Shown: positions 8,023 to 22,270, numbered from the stretch's first letter. The stretch is DNA of 64,000 bases from Desulfobacterales bacterium (GCA_016218685.1 JACRDD010000023.1:3688-67687); one strand, 5' to 3'. Translations and numbers: made by a program. Notes: generated by a model not told the origin, from the letters alone.

Positions 8023-10236
8023 TTACTGAAACAGGGCCTGGATCTTCTTGGTGCGCGCGTGCCGGCGCCACCAGACCAGCAATCCGAACAGAACCACCAC
8101 GATGGGCAGGCCGGCGATGTTGGCCGCCTTGATCAAGGCCTTAGTGCCGCCGCCGATGGGCTGCAAGGGGTTCAGGCGCTGGGCCTTGCCGCGCATGGCC
8201 GCCACCGCCTCGCGGCCGTTCAGGGCGTCGATCATGTTGAGCACGAAGACGGTGTTGGGGCCTTGGCCTTGCTCATCCATCAATTGATCGCCGATCATCT
8301 TGGCCGAAGCGATCACGAAGATTTTGGCCGGCGCGCTCTTTTCGAGCACCGGGCTCTGGCCCTTCAAAGGGGCCGGCGTGGGCGTGGCCGTGGGTGCCGG
8401 CGTCGGGGTGGTCGGGGTTTGACCATCGCCGGCGGGCGGCACCGCTTCCTCCGGTTTGGGCTCCGCCGGTTTCTCCGGCATGGGCTTGCCTTTGAAATAG
8501 CTTCCGAACTCGCCCTCCAGGAGGTAGGCCAGGGGCCGGGAGGCCATTTCGGCGTCGCTGGCCGGCGGCTGGATGAACATGGGGTTCAGGATGATCCGGT
8601 CGCGCATCTCCCAGGAGCGTTTGGAGGAGGAGAAGAGCTTGTGAGCCGTGAGTTTCTGTTCGTCGATGCGTTTGTCATCCAGCTCCAGGGGCGACACCAG
8701 GAAGGCATACATGCCCTTGATGTTCTCCAGGTAGTCCAATTCCTTGCTGATATTGGCGTTCTCGATGCGCGGGATGAAGTAGATCGGCTGATCGCCGCCG
8801 CCCTGTTGGGCCTGTTTCTGTTCGCGGTAGCAATTCTCGTCCATCACGAACGACTCTTTGATGCGCACGCCGTAGTGGGCCAGCATCTTCTCCAGGCCGG
8901 TTTTCAGCGGCACGTGGAAGCGCATCTGCTGATTGCCCATCATCAGCCCCTGGTTTTGCTGCTGCTCTTGCAGGGCATCGACGAAGAGCGCCAGGTTGGT
9001 GCCGCGCATCAGGGCCTGGTCGAGCTGGAACAGGGCATAATCGGAGAGCGGCTCGGTGGGCCGGGCCACGATCAGGGTCTTGATCCCTTCGGGCACCGGC
9101 GTTTCGTTCAGGTTGACGGCTTTGAGCGCGTAGCTCTGGCTGAGCAGTTCGCCGAAGCGGTTCAGCGCCTCCTCCTGGGAGCCCAGGGGCATGCCGCCGT
9201 CTCCCATGGAGAGGGTGCCGAAGCCGGCGAGGTAGCCGATCTCTTCATTGATATTGATCAGGCGGTCCAGGTTGGTGCCGACCAGTTCTTCGATCTGCTC
9301 GATGGGCGTCAATTGGTACTGGTCGCCGAAGATGGGGATGCGCACCACCCGCATCAGCGGGATCTCCCGGATCTGGTCTTTGTAACGCATCAGCATGCCG
9401 ATGATGCCCTCGCCCGCGGCGATATGGGCCTGGGCAATATCGGGCCAACTGTATTGCATGGCATCCAAGTTCCCCAGGGTTTGAATCTTGTCGGGGGTTA
9501 CGGTGGGATCGATATACTGGTACTCCAGGCGGTCGTAGGTCTTGGCTTTCATGCCTTCCACCACGGCCTTGATGCGGTCGGGGTATTTGTCCAGTTCCTT
9601 GAGACCCAACATGGGGGCCACTTTAAAAAAGGAAGAGGAGAGCACCACGGTCACCCGCACCTTCTGCTCCAGGGCCAACAGGGCGCTGACCTTGTGGTTC
9701 AGCTTTTGGATGGCCGTGGTCAACTTGTACTCCAGCCCGTCGGTGGAGGTGATGGTGGGGATGCGCTCGACGATGTCGCCATGGATCAGCACCAGACCCA
9801 TGTAGGCCTGCTTGAATTTGAGTTCGTCCTTTTCCACGATCTGGATCTGCACCGGCTGGATGCCGTACTCCCGGGCCATCTGCTGGTTTTCGCGGGCCGC
9901 GTCGTTGAGCCCTTCGGTCTCGGCGCTGACGTTGTAGAAGCGCACCTTGAACTTGCTCTTGTTCTGCAGGGCGTACTCGTTGAGCAGATCGCGCAGGTAG
10001 AGCTCGGTGGTGTTGTGCGGCGCGGGCAGGTCCTTGGTGAAGAATACCTTGATGGTCAAAGGTTCGGTCAAGGTGGCGGCCATCTCCTCGCTGACCGGCG
10101 AGAGCGAGTAGACTTTGTTTTTGGTCAGATCGGCCCGGAAGAATAGGGTCAGGCCGGCCAGGTTGACGAGCACGACGATCAAGGCATAAACGGCGAATTT
10201 GATATATTTGGCGTATGGTTGAGCTTTGGCGTTCAT
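8023..10236 (-). CDS. GldG-like ABC transporter auxiliary/substrate-binding protein
   Basis: RADLTKNKVYSLS, EYKLTTAIQKL, LIVARP, LDQALMRG; N- and C-terminal TM helices. Confidence 0.88.
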   Translation of the reverse strand: MNAKAQPYAKYIKFAVYALIVVLVNLAGLTLFFRADLTKNKVYSLSPVSEEMAATLTEPLTIKVFFTKDLPAPHNTTELYLRDLLNEYALQNKSKFKVRFYNVSAETEGLNDAARENQQMAREYGIQPVQIQIVEKDELKFKQAYMGLVLIHGDIVERIPTITSTDGLEYKLTTAIQKLNHKVSALLALEQKVRVTVVLSSSFFKVAPMLGLKELDKYPDRIKAVVEGMKAKTYDRLEYQYIDPTVTPDKIQTLGNLDAMQYSWPDIAQAHIAAGEGIIGMLMRYKDQIREIPLMRVVRIPIFGDQYQLTPIEQIEELVGTNLDRLININEEIGYLAGFGTLSMGDGGMPLGSQEEALNRFGELLSQSYALKAVNLNETPVPEGIKTLIVARPTEPLSDYALFQLDQALMRGTNLALFVDALQEQQQNQGLMMGNQQMRFHVPLKTGLEKMLAHYGVRIKESFVMDENCYREQKQAQQGGGDQPIYFIPRIENANISKELDYLENIKGMYAFLVSPLELDDKRIDEQKLTAHKLFSSSKRSWEMRDRIILNPMFIQPPASDAEMASRPLAYLLEGEFGSYFKGKPMPEKPAEPKPEEAVPPAGDGQTPTTPTPAPTATPTPAPLKGQSPVLEKSAPAKIFVIASAKMIGDQLMDEQGQGPNTVFVLNMIDALNGREAVAAMRGKAQRLNPLQPIGGGTKALIKAANIAGLPIVVVLFGLLVWWRRHARTKKIQALFQ

Positions 10237-10251
10237 GTCATCTTCCCTTTG

Positions 10252-10953
10252 CTATTTTTCTTCCATCACCAGATGGGTGGCATACAGACCGAGAAAAGCG
10301 ATACTCAGGAAATAGACCAGATCGCGTGAATCCAGGATGCCTTTGGCGATATTAGTGAAGTGGGCGTTGGCGCTGGCGTAGGTGATCAGATCCAGGATGC
10401 CTTGGGGAAAGAAGAAAAGCATCTGATCGACGATGGCCAGGAACACGCAGATCACCATGGCCACGATGCAGGCGATGATCTGGTTGCGGGTCAGGGACGA
10501 GGCGAAGAGGCCGATACCGGCATAGGCCGCGGCCATCAGCAGGGCACCGAGATAGCCGGCGATGGTCACGCCCCAGTCCAGGTCGCCGATAAAACTGATG
10601 AAGAACGCGTAGGAGAGGGTGGGCAGCAGCAGGGCGGCCGCGAAGGCCACGGCGGCCAGGAATTTGCCGACGATGATGTCCCGGAAGGTGACCGGCAGCG
10701 TCAGCAGCAGCTCATAAGAGCCCACGTTGATCTCCTCGGCGAAGAGGCGCATGGTGACCAGCGGCATCACCAGGGCGAACAACAGGGGCAGCAAGGTGAA
10801 GAAGCGGCGCAGCTCCGCCTGGTTGTAAAGAAAGAAGGCGGTGAAGAAAAGCCAGCCCGTCACGGCCAGGAAGATGGCGATGACGATATAGGCGATGGGC
10901 GACGTGAAGTAATCCTTGAACTCTTTGTTGAAGATCAGCAATGCTTGGCGCAT
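10252..10953 (-). CDS. GldF-like ABC-2 permease
   Basis: KEFKDYFTSPIAY, TMRLFAEE...GSYELLLTLP, KGILDSRDLVYF. Confidence 0.9.
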   Translation of the reverse strand: MRQALLIFNKEFKDYFTSPIAYIVIAIFLAVTGWLFFTAFFLYNQAELRRFFTLLPLLFALVMPLVTMRLFAEEINVGSYELLLTLPVTFRDIIVGKFLAAVAFAAALLLPTLSYAFFISFIGDLDWGVTIAGYLGALLMAAAYAGIGLFASSLTRNQIIACIVAMVICVFLAIVDQMLFFFPQGILDLITYASANAHFTNIAKGILDSRDLVYFLSIAFLGLYATHLVMEEK

Positions 10954-10954
10954 A

Positions 10955-11893
10955 TCAACTCTCCCTGGTCAGCTCGCGGAAAATGGTTTCGAGGGTTTGG
11001 GCCTCCTGGTTCATCTCCACCAGGACCCAGTCGGTGGCCTTGATGGCCGCGTAGATGTCGGCCCGGGCATCGACGCCCGGCCGGCAGAGGATCTGAACGC
11101 GGGTCACGCCCGGCGCCTCCTCGGGCTGGGGGGTCACCGCGCTGACCCCGGCAATGCCTTGCAGGCGGCCGACCACCTCCCCGGCCGCCGCGCCCAGCAG
11201 GCCGATCTGGACCCGTCCCTGGCGATCCTTGCCCGAGGTGAGCTCCTGGGTGCTGCCGTCGGCCACGATGCGGCCCTTGTTGACGATGACGATGCGGTCG
11301 CAGGTCGCCTCGGCCTCGGTGAGAATGTGGGTCGACAGGATGACGGTCTTTTTCTCGCCGATTTTGCGGATGATCTCCCGGATCTCCACGATCTGGTTGG
11401 GATCGAGGCCCGAGGTGGGTTCGTCCAGCACCAAAATCTCCGGGTCGCTCATCATGGCGTGGGCCAAGCCCACGCGCTGCTTCAAGCCCTTGGAGAGGGT
11501 GTCGATGGTTTTGTGCATGATGCCGCGCAGGCCGCACATGTCGGCCAGCTCCTGGAGCCGTTTCCCAAGGGTCGCGCCGTCCAGCCCGCGGATGCGGGCC
11601 ACATGCTCCAGGTAGTCGTAAACGAGCATGCCCTTATAGAGCGGCGCCGATTCGGGCAGGTAGCCGATGAGGCGTTTGATGGCCAGCGGGTCGTCGTGGA
11701 TCGAATGCTCCTTGACGCGGATATCCCCGGCCGACGGCTTGAAGTATCCGGTCAACATGCGCAGGGTGGTTGTTTTCCCGGCGCCGTTGGGGCCCAACAA
11801 CCCGACGATCTCCCCTCCCTTGATGTCCAGGTCGATGTGGTCCACGGCGCAGATGTCGTCGTAGTACTTGGTCAATCCCTCAACATGGATCAT
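10955..11893 (-). CDS. GldA-like ABC ATP-binding protein
   Basis: Walker A GPNGAGKTT, LSKG signature, LDEPTSGLDPNQ. Confidence 0.93.
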   Translation of the reverse strand: MIHVEGLTKYYDDICAVDHIDLDIKGGEIVGLLGPNGAGKTTTLRMLTGYFKPSAGDIRVKEHSIHDDPLAIKRLIGYLPESAPLYKGMLVYDYLEHVARIRGLDGATLGKRLQELADMCGLRGIMHKTIDTLSKGLKQRVGLAHAMMSDPEILVLDEPTSGLDPNQIVEIREIIRKIGEKKTVILSTHILTEAEATCDRIVIVNKGRIVADGSTQELTSGKDRQGRVQIGLLGAAAGEVVGRLQGIAGVSAVTPQPEEAPGVTRVQILCRPGVDARADIYAAIKATDWVLVEMNQEAQTLETIFRELTRES

Positions 11894-12042
11894 AAACGGT
11901 CTCCTTGGTTCGTTCCGGGCCTGTGGTTCCTTGAAACCCTCAGAATTTCAATAATGTACCTTGTTGTTTGCCGGCGGCGTGGGAAGGTGAGTGCAACCTG
12001 CCGCCGGATGCCTGCGAGCCGCTGGTCGCTCTGAACCAGGAC

Positions 12043-12071
12043 CTAATAAATGAAATCGGGGGGAGTGTCAA
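12043..12071 (-). promoter_or_regulatory. sigma70 promoter of the Gld-like ABC operon
   Basis: Minus strand TTGACA-N17-TATTAG. Confidence 0.6.
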
Positions 12072-12090
12072 CCGGATGAAAATTACCATT

Positions 12091-12399
12091 TCATAATGTT
12101 TTTAAGTCGGTGGGCAGGCCGGTGATGCGGTACCACGGCCCCTGAATGCGGGCGGTCTTGCAGCGCGGGCAGCGGCTGGGGGGCGACAGCCGGCGGCGGT
12201 CCTTGAATTCGAAGCCGCAGCCTTCGCAATAGGCCGGCTGCACGCCCAGGTGGCCGCCCCGGCCGGCCATGGATTTGGCGATGTGGGGCAGATGGGCCAG
12301 GGTCTCCTTTTCGCGCAGGCCCAGGCTTTGGGACAAGGCCACGATATCCATGGGTCTTTCCGAGAGCAGGGCGACGATCTGTTGTCGGATGGTGGGCAT
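12091..12399 (-). CDS. HTH plus Zn-ribbon transcriptional regulator (COG3357-like)
   Basis: MPTIRQQIVALL, LAHLPHIAKS, PAYCEGCGFEF...PSRCPRCK; TAATG overlap with the upstream phosphatase. Confidence 0.8.
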   Translation of the reverse strand: MPTIRQQIVALLSERPMDIVALSQSLGLREKETLAHLPHIAKSMAGRGGHLGVQPAYCEGCGFEFKDRRRLSPPSRCPRCKTARIQGPWYRITGLPTDLKTL

Positions 12400-12932
12400 T
12401 ATCCGGTGGCATCCGTCTCCGCAACCGAGAGCAGGCGCGCCTTGAGATGGGCGATGACCCCCTCGATGCAGGGCTCCAGGGTTTGCAGGCAGGTCCGGTA
12501 GGCCGAAAGCGGCCCGGTGTAAGGGTCTTCGATCTCCGGCCCATGCGCCAGGGGGTTGAAATTCATCAGCAGTTGGGCATGGTCCTTGTTCCATCCCAGC
12601 ATCTGCTGGATCGTCTCCAGGTGGGCTTGCTCCATGGCCAGGATCAGGTCGGCCTGGCGCACCATCTCACGCGTGATGTGCCGCGCCCGATGATCGCGGA
12701 TGTCGATGCCGGCGGCCGCCATGGTCTTGACTGCCAGGGGTTCGGCCTGGTGGCCGTGCAGCGCATGGGTGCCGGCCGAGTTCACCACCACCCGGCCCTG
12801 GAGCGCCGGGGGCAGGCGATGGCGCAGCAGCCCGGCCGCCATGGGGCTGCGGCAGATGTTGCCGGTGCACACCATCAGGACCTCAAACGGTGCCCTTGTG
12901 ACCTGGCCAAATAAGCTTTTCTTTTTTATCAA
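12399..12932 (-). CDS. Low-molecular-weight protein-tyrosine/arginine phosphatase
   Basis: P-loop VCTGNICRSPMA, SAGT, EIEDPY. Confidence 0.92.
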   Translation of the reverse strand: MIKKKSLFGQVTRAPFEVLMVCTGNICRSPMAAGLLRHRLPPALQGRVVVNSAGTHALHGHQAEPLAVKTMAAAGIDIRDHRARHITREMVRQADLILAMEQAHLETIQQMLGWNKDHAQLLMNFNPLAHGPEIEDPYTGPLSAYRTCLQTLEPCIEGVIAHLKARLLSVAETDATG

Positions 12933-13181
12933 TGGGTTGCCTCATTTGTTGCTACACATGTAATGCATCTCGCCCTCGTCTGTCAATGCAGGCATGGCTT
13001 CAATGTGATCCACCCTTGATCTTTTACGCCTGCTCCATTATAAACGATTCCAGTCGGTTCAATCGCCCGCGCCGAGATCTTCCCATGCGGGCGGCCGGCA
13101 CGCATTCAATTCTTGACGCACCCCGGGGCATTCATCCTTCCAATGAAGCCCTTCATGACCGCCCAGGTGCCGGAGTACACC

Positions 13182-14324
13182 ATGACCATGTGCCGCATCC
13201 TCTTCGTGGACGACGACAAAGATATATTAATGATGGTGGAGCAATACCTGCAGATGCAGGGCTACGACATCACCACCGTCAACAGCGGCCTCAAGGCCCT
13301 GGACCTGGTCAAGGACCAGGACATCGACATCATCTTCACCGACTACAAGATGCCCGAATTTAACGGCCTGGAGCTGCTGGCGGCGGTCAAGCAATACAAG
13401 CCCGAGATCGAAGTGATCGTGGTCACCGGCTACGGCTCCATGGAGTCGGCCATCCAGGCCATGAAATTCGGCAGCTACGACTACCTGCAAAAGCCCTTCA
13501 AGCTCGACCATCTCAAGCTGATCATCGACCGCATCAGCGAGGAGAAAAAGGTCAAGGACAAGGCCGACCTGATCCGCAAGCGCGGCCGCGAGCGGCATAA
13601 ATTCGAGGGGTTGGTGGGCATCAGCGCCCGCATGCAGCAGATCTACGAATTGATCGAAACCGTGAGCCGGCAAGACCCCATGGTGCTGATCCAGGGCGAA
13701 AGCGGTACCGGCAAGGAGCTGGTGGCGCGCACCATCCATCACTGCGGCCCCCGCCGGGACAACGCCTTCGTGCCGGTCAATTGCGGCAGCATCACCGAGG
13801 GAGTGCCCGAGGAACAGCTCGTGGCCAATGTCACGGCCCTGATGCAGCGCGTCCAGGGTGGCACCCTCTATTTGGATGAGATCGCCGAGCTGGCCCCGGC
13901 CTTGCGTCTGACCATCCTGCAAGCCCTCAAGGACGAGCGGAGCAAGAGCGCCACGGCGCCCCACGTCATCGCCGCCACCAGCAAGGAGCTGTCCGAGGTG
14001 ATCGCCAGCGGCGCCTTGAAGAAAGATCTTTTCGACCTGCTCAATGCCGTGGTGATCCGCATGCCGCCCCTGCGCGAGCGCTTGGAGGATATCTGCCTGC
14101 TGATCAACCACTTCGTGCACCAGGCCTGCGCCAAGCACAACCGGCGGCCCATCAGCGTATCGCCCGACGCCTTGGACATCCTGATGCGCTACCATTGGCC
14201 CGGTAACCTGATCCAACTGCAGAACGTCATCGAGCGCGCCCTGGCCCTGGGGGTGGATGCCATTCAGCCCAACGACCTGCCGGCCGAGATCCAGACCTTC
14301 AGCACGATCTCCAAGATGGGGTAA
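13182..14324 (+). CDS. NtrC-like response regulator (REC plus degenerate AAA+), lacking GAFTGA and HTH
   Basis: REC motifs FVDDD/TDYKMP/KP; Walker A GESGTGKE and Walker B LYLDEI; no GAFTGA; ends without an HTH. Start approximate. Confidence 0.85.
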   Translation: MTMCRILFVDDDKDILMMVEQYLQMQGYDITTVNSGLKALDLVKDQDIDIIFTDYKMPEFNGLELLAAVKQYKPEIEVIVVTGYGSMESAIQAMKFGSYDYLQKPFKLDHLKLIIDRISEEKKVKDKADLIRKRGRERHKFEGLVGISARMQQIYELIETVSRQDPMVLIQGESGTGKELVARTIHHCGPRRDNAFVPVNCGSITEGVPEEQLVANVTALMQRVQGGTLYLDEIAELAPALRLTILQALKDERSKSATAPHVIAATSKELSEVIASGALKKDLFDLLNAVVIRMPPLRERLEDICLLINHFVHQACAKHNRRPISVSPDALDILMRYHWPGNLIQLQNVIERALALGVDAIQPNDLPAEIQTFSTISKMG

Positions 14325-15952
14325 CGCCGACCGACATTCTGCTCATCCAGCCGCCCATCCGCGACTTTTACCTGACCGCCAAGCGCACCCAGCCATACGG
14401 GCTGGCCTGCATCGCGGGGGCCGTGCGCCAAGGCGGATTCGGCGTGGCCATCCTGGACGGCCTGGCCAGCGCCAAATCGCGGGTCATCCCCTGGCCGGAC
14501 GAGATGGGCTACCTGGCCCCCTTTTACGGCCGGCCGGACCGCTCGCCCTTCGGCCTCTTCCACCACTTCCGCCACTTCGGTTACAGCTTCGAGCACCTGG
14601 CCCGGCAAGCCCAAGCATCCGGCGCCTGGCTGGTGGGCATCTCTGCGCTCTTCAGCGCCTACGAAGATACGGCCCTGGCCACGGCCGCCGCCGTCAAAAA
14701 GGCCTGCCCCCAGGCGCGTGTCGTGCTGGGCGGCCATCACCCCACGGCCCTGCCGGGCGCGGTGATGGCCCATCCGGCCGTGGATTTCGTGCTGCGCGGG
14801 GATGGCGAGATCGGGTTGCCGGCTTTGGCCCGGGCGCTGCACCAGGGCACGCCCCTGGCCGACGTTCCCGGACTGGCGTGGCACCGGCCCGGCGGCACCC
14901 TGGGAATCCATCCGCCGGCGCGGGTGGACGATCTGGACACCTTGCCGCCGCCGGCCTTCGATCTCATCGACTGGCATTTTTATCAACGCGCCGGCCGGGG
15001 CAGCCTGGCCCTTTCGGCCGGCCGGGGCTGCCCCCTGCGCTGCACCTATTGCGCGGTGAATGCCGCCACTTTTCACGGCTACCGCTGCCGCAGCGTGGCC
15101 GGAGTGATGGCCGAGCTGGCGGCCGCCGACCGTCAGACGCCCCTGGGCTTCATCGACTTCGAAGACGAGCATCTCACCGCCGACCGGCGTTGGTTCCTGG
15201 CCTTGATGGCCGCCATCCGTGCTCATTTTAAAGGCCGCCCGCCGGAGCTGCGTGCCATGAACGGGCTGCTGGCCTCTTCCCTGGATGAAGAGATCATCTC
15301 CGTTATGCGCCAGAGCGGTTTCAAAACCCTCAACCTGGCCCTGATCACCACCGCCGCGGCCCAGCTCAAGCGTTTCAACCGGCCGGACCTCACTGCGGCG
15401 TTGGACCGGGTCCTGGCGCTGGCGGCGCGTTACGATTTGAGCAGCGTGGCCTATCTCATCGTGGACGGCCCCGGACAGGACCCCATGGATAGCTTGCGGG
15501 ACCTGCTCTTCCTGGCTCAACGGCGCGTGCTGGCCGGCGTCTCGGTCTTCTACCCGGCTCCGGGCAGCGCCGATTATGGCTGGTGCCAACGCCACGATCT
15601 GCTGCCTGCCCATACCGGTTTGTTGCGGGCCACGGCCTTGCCGCTATCCCATGTCACCGACCGGCGCCAGGCCGTCACCCTGCTGCGCCTGGGGCGCATC
15701 CTGAACTTCATGAAAGCCACCCTCGATCAAGGCGAAGGTCTGCCGGCGCCGGCCGCCGTCCCGGATAGGCTGGATAGTTCCCTGGACCGCGCCGCTATCG
15801 GGCGCATGCTTCTGGCGGCTTTTTTACGCGATGGCGCGGTGTGCGGCGTGGACGAGGAAGGGCGGGTCTATGACCATGCGGTGGACCCGGAACTGGCGCG
15901 GGCCTTCCGGGATGGACTGGAAACGGCGCCCGTACGGGGGGCGATTCGATAA
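14324..15952 (+). CDS. B12-binding radical SAM protein; start probably upstream of the called GTG 14423, possibly ACG at 14324
   Basis: In-frame extension PTDILLIQPPIRDFYLTAKRTQPYGLACIAGA; VVLGGHHPT, GDGE, GRGCPLRCTYC, DFEDE. Confidence 0.85.
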   Translation, partial: TPTDILLIQPPIRDFYLTAKRTQPYGLACIAGAVRQGGFGVAILDGLASAKSRVIPWPDEMGYLAPFYGRPDRSPFGLFHHFRHFGYSFEHLARQAQASGAWLVGISALFSAYEDTALATAAAVKKACPQARVVLGGHHPTALPGAVMAHPAVDFVLRGDGEIGLPALARALHQGTPLADVPGLAWHRPGGTLGIHPPARVDDLDTLPPPAFDLIDWHFYQRAGRGSLALSAGRGCPLRCTYCAVNAATFHGYRCRSVAGVMAELAAADRQTPLGFIDFEDEHLTADRRWFLALMAAIRAHFKGRPPELRAMNGLLASSLDEEIISVMRQSGFKTLNLALITTAAAQLKRFNRPDLTAALDRVLALAARYDLSSVAYLIVDGPGQDPMDSLRDLLFLAQRRVLAGVSVFYPAPGSADYGWCQRHDLLPAHTGLLRATALPLSHVTDRRQAVTLLRLGRILNFMKATLDQGEGLPAPAAVPDRLDSSLDRAAIGRMLLAAFLRDGAVCGVDEEGRVYDHAVDPELARAFRDGLETAPVRGAIR

Positions 15953-15967
15953 TGGGGCGAACCCCCC

Positions 15968-16513
15968 TCAACCCTCCAAATACCCGGTCAACTCCAGCGG
16001 CGTATAGGAAAGGTAAGCAAACAGCCGCCTCTCCAACTGTAGCGTGTGATCCCACACCGCGCGCATCCACTGCCGATGCTCATCGGTTTTGCAATAGCGC
16101 TGGATGATGTAGTTCATGCGATCGTCCAGCGGCACCACCTGATCGTGCAGCACCCGCTTGTCGGCATAGTTGACCACCTCGGCCTCGCTGGGCGCCGCCT
16201 GGGCAAAGTAGGCATCCAGGATCACGTGCTGGCGGACGATATCCCCCACCTCGGGAAAGCCCAGGCCGCAGAGATATTCGCCGCCGGTCTTGGAGTGATT
16301 TTCGCCGGTGGAAAAGCTGCGCGGCTTGGTGATGTCGTGCAGCAGGGCCGAGGCGTTCACCAGGGGGCGGTTGAGCGTCACCCCGGCGTCGATCAGGCCG
16401 TCGGTCAGCAGCAGCGCCACCCGGCAGACCAATTCGGAATGGGCTTGGATATGGGCCGGCATCTGCATCACCGCCAGCATGTTCAGGCATTCGTCGGATT
16501 GGGGAATACGCAC
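15968..16513 (-). CDS. HD-domain metal-dependent phosphohydrolase
   Basis: HIQAHS, ALLHDITK, ENH, VRQHV, YADKRV. Confidence 0.88.
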   Translation of the reverse strand: MRIPQSDECLNMLAVMQMPAHIQAHSELVCRVALLLTDGLIDAGVTLNRPLVNASALLHDITKPRSFSTGENHSKTGGEYLCGLGFPEVGDIVRQHVILDAYFAQAAPSEAEVVNYADKRVLHDQVVPLDDRMNYIIQRYCKTDEHRQWMRAVWDHTLQLERRLFAYLSYTPLELTGYLEG

Positions 16514-16701
16514 CTTGTCCTCCCGTAAATCGATTCGCGCGATAATCGTTTATAGCTGACCTCCCGCGCGCGGGACAAGGCGAAGTTTCAACTTTCAGCG
16601 CCCACCCGATCTTTCTTTTTGACATGCCCGGACCTTTTTCTTATCCTTTCCGCTTGGTGGCCCTGTCTTCCCAGCCTTAACCCCATCAGAAGAACGGAAC
16701 C

Positions 16702-19446
<2,745 letters not shown>

Positions 19447-19510
19447 CGAAACGTATAGAAGAATAAAACAAACAAAGAAAAAGCTTTAACGCCCCTAAAT
19501 AGGAGAACTA

Positions 19511-20803
19511 ATGGCGACCATAGAAGTCAAGATCCCCAGCGTGGGGGAATCGGTGCAGGAGGCTGTTCTGGGCGAGTGGTTCAAACAGAACGGCGACATG
19601 GTAGAAAAGGACGAGGCGCTCTTTGTCATCGAGACCGACAAGGTGACGCTGGAGGTGACGGCCGAGGCGGCCGGCATCCTCACCATCCTGGTGCAGGCCG
19701 GCGAGACCGTGGCCGTGGGCACCGTGGTGGCCCGCATCGAGATTGGGGCCGAAAAGGCGGCCGAAGCGCCGCCCAAGGCGGCGGCCGCGTCCGAAGCGCC
19801 CAAAGCCAAGGCGGCACCCGCGGCGCCCGCGCCTGAAGCGCCAAAAAAGGCTGCCGCCCCTGAACCCAAAGTGCCGGCACCAGCTCCCAAACCCGCCCCG
19901 GCCGCACCCTCCGCCGCCACCGGTCCGCTCTCGCCGGCCGTGCGCCGTCTTGTAGCCGAAAAGCAGCTCGATCTGCGCAAGGTTCAAGGCACCGGTCCGG
20001 GCGGCCGCATCACCAAGGGCGATGTATTGTTGGCCTTGGAGCAGGCTCCGGCCGGCGTGCCCGAGCCGTGCGTGGCGCCGCCGGAGTTGGGCGCGTCCGA
20101 GGCGCCGGCCGAGGTACGCAAGGCCATGTCGCCCATCCGCAAGCGCATCGCGGCCCGGCTGCTGGAGGCCAAGCAGAACACGGCCATGCTCACCACCTTC
20201 AACGACATCGACATGAGCCGGGCCATGGCCATCCGCACCCAGTACAAGGATCTGTTCAAGGAGAAACACGACATCTCCCTGGGCTTCATGTCCTTCTTCG
20301 TCAAGGCCTGCGTGGCCGCCCTGCGCGAGATTCCCGAGGTCAACGGCTTTGTGGACGGCAACGACATCGTCTACCACAACTACCAGCACATCGGCGTGGC
20401 CGTGGGCTCGCCCCGGGGCCTGGTGGTACCGGTCATCCGCCATGCCGAGAAGATGTCGTTCGCCCAGGTCGAGCAGGCCATCGTCGACTACGTGGCCAAG
20501 ATCAAGGAGAACCGCCTGGAACTGGCCGACCTGGAAGGCGGCACCTTCACCATCAGCAACGGCGGGGTCTATGGCTCGCTGCTCAGCACCCCCATCCTCA
20601 ATACGCCCCAGAGCGGCATCCTGGGCATGCACCGCACCGAAAAGCGGGCGGTGGTGGTGGATGACCAGATCGTGGTGCGACCCATGATGTTCGTGGCCCT
20701 GAGCTACGACCACCGCATCGTGGACGGCCGCGGGGCGGTGACCTTCCTCAAGCGGGTCAAGGAGATGGTGGAAAATCCCGAACGTCTATTGCTGGAGGTG
20801 TAG
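19511..20803 (+). CDS. sucB: Dihydrolipoyllysine succinyltransferase E2
   Basis: Lipoyl motif IETDKV, E3-binding GTGPGGRITK, AMLTTFN, LSYDHRIVDG. Confidence 0.96.
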   Translation: MATIEVKIPSVGESVQEAVLGEWFKQNGDMVEKDEALFVIETDKVTLEVTAEAAGILTILVQAGETVAVGTVVARIEIGAEKAAEAPPKAAAASEAPKAKAAPAAPAPEAPKKAAAPEPKVPAPAPKPAPAAPSAATGPLSPAVRRLVAEKQLDLRKVQGTGPGGRITKGDVLLALEQAPAGVPEPCVAPPELGASEAPAEVRKAMSPIRKRIAARLLEAKQNTAMLTTFNDIDMSRAMAIRTQYKDLFKEKHDISLGFMSFFVKACVAALREIPEVNGFVDGNDIVYHNYQHIGVAVGSPRGLVVPVIRHAEKMSFAQVEQAIVDYVAKIKENRLELADLEGGTFTISNGGVYGSLLSTPILNTPQSGILGMHRTEKRAVVVDDQIVVRPMMFVALSYDHRIVDGRGAVTFLKRVKEMVENPERLLLEV

Positions 20804-20805
20804 CC

Positions 20806-22218
<1,413 letters not shown>

Positions 22219-22270
22219 CATCCACGAGCATGCGTATTTGCTAAACCAGCTCGTTTGGTCTATTTTTACC

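Noticed and set aside
6853-10146. 1097-aa plus-strand ORF and many similar long antisense ORFs (e.g. 16588-18759, 50492-52912)
   Set aside because: Antisense shadows of GC-rich real genes, with no recognisable motifs.
11989-12071. CIRCE-like half sites (TTGCACTC, TTGACACTC) before the ABC operon
   Set aside because: No matching second half at 9-nt spacing.
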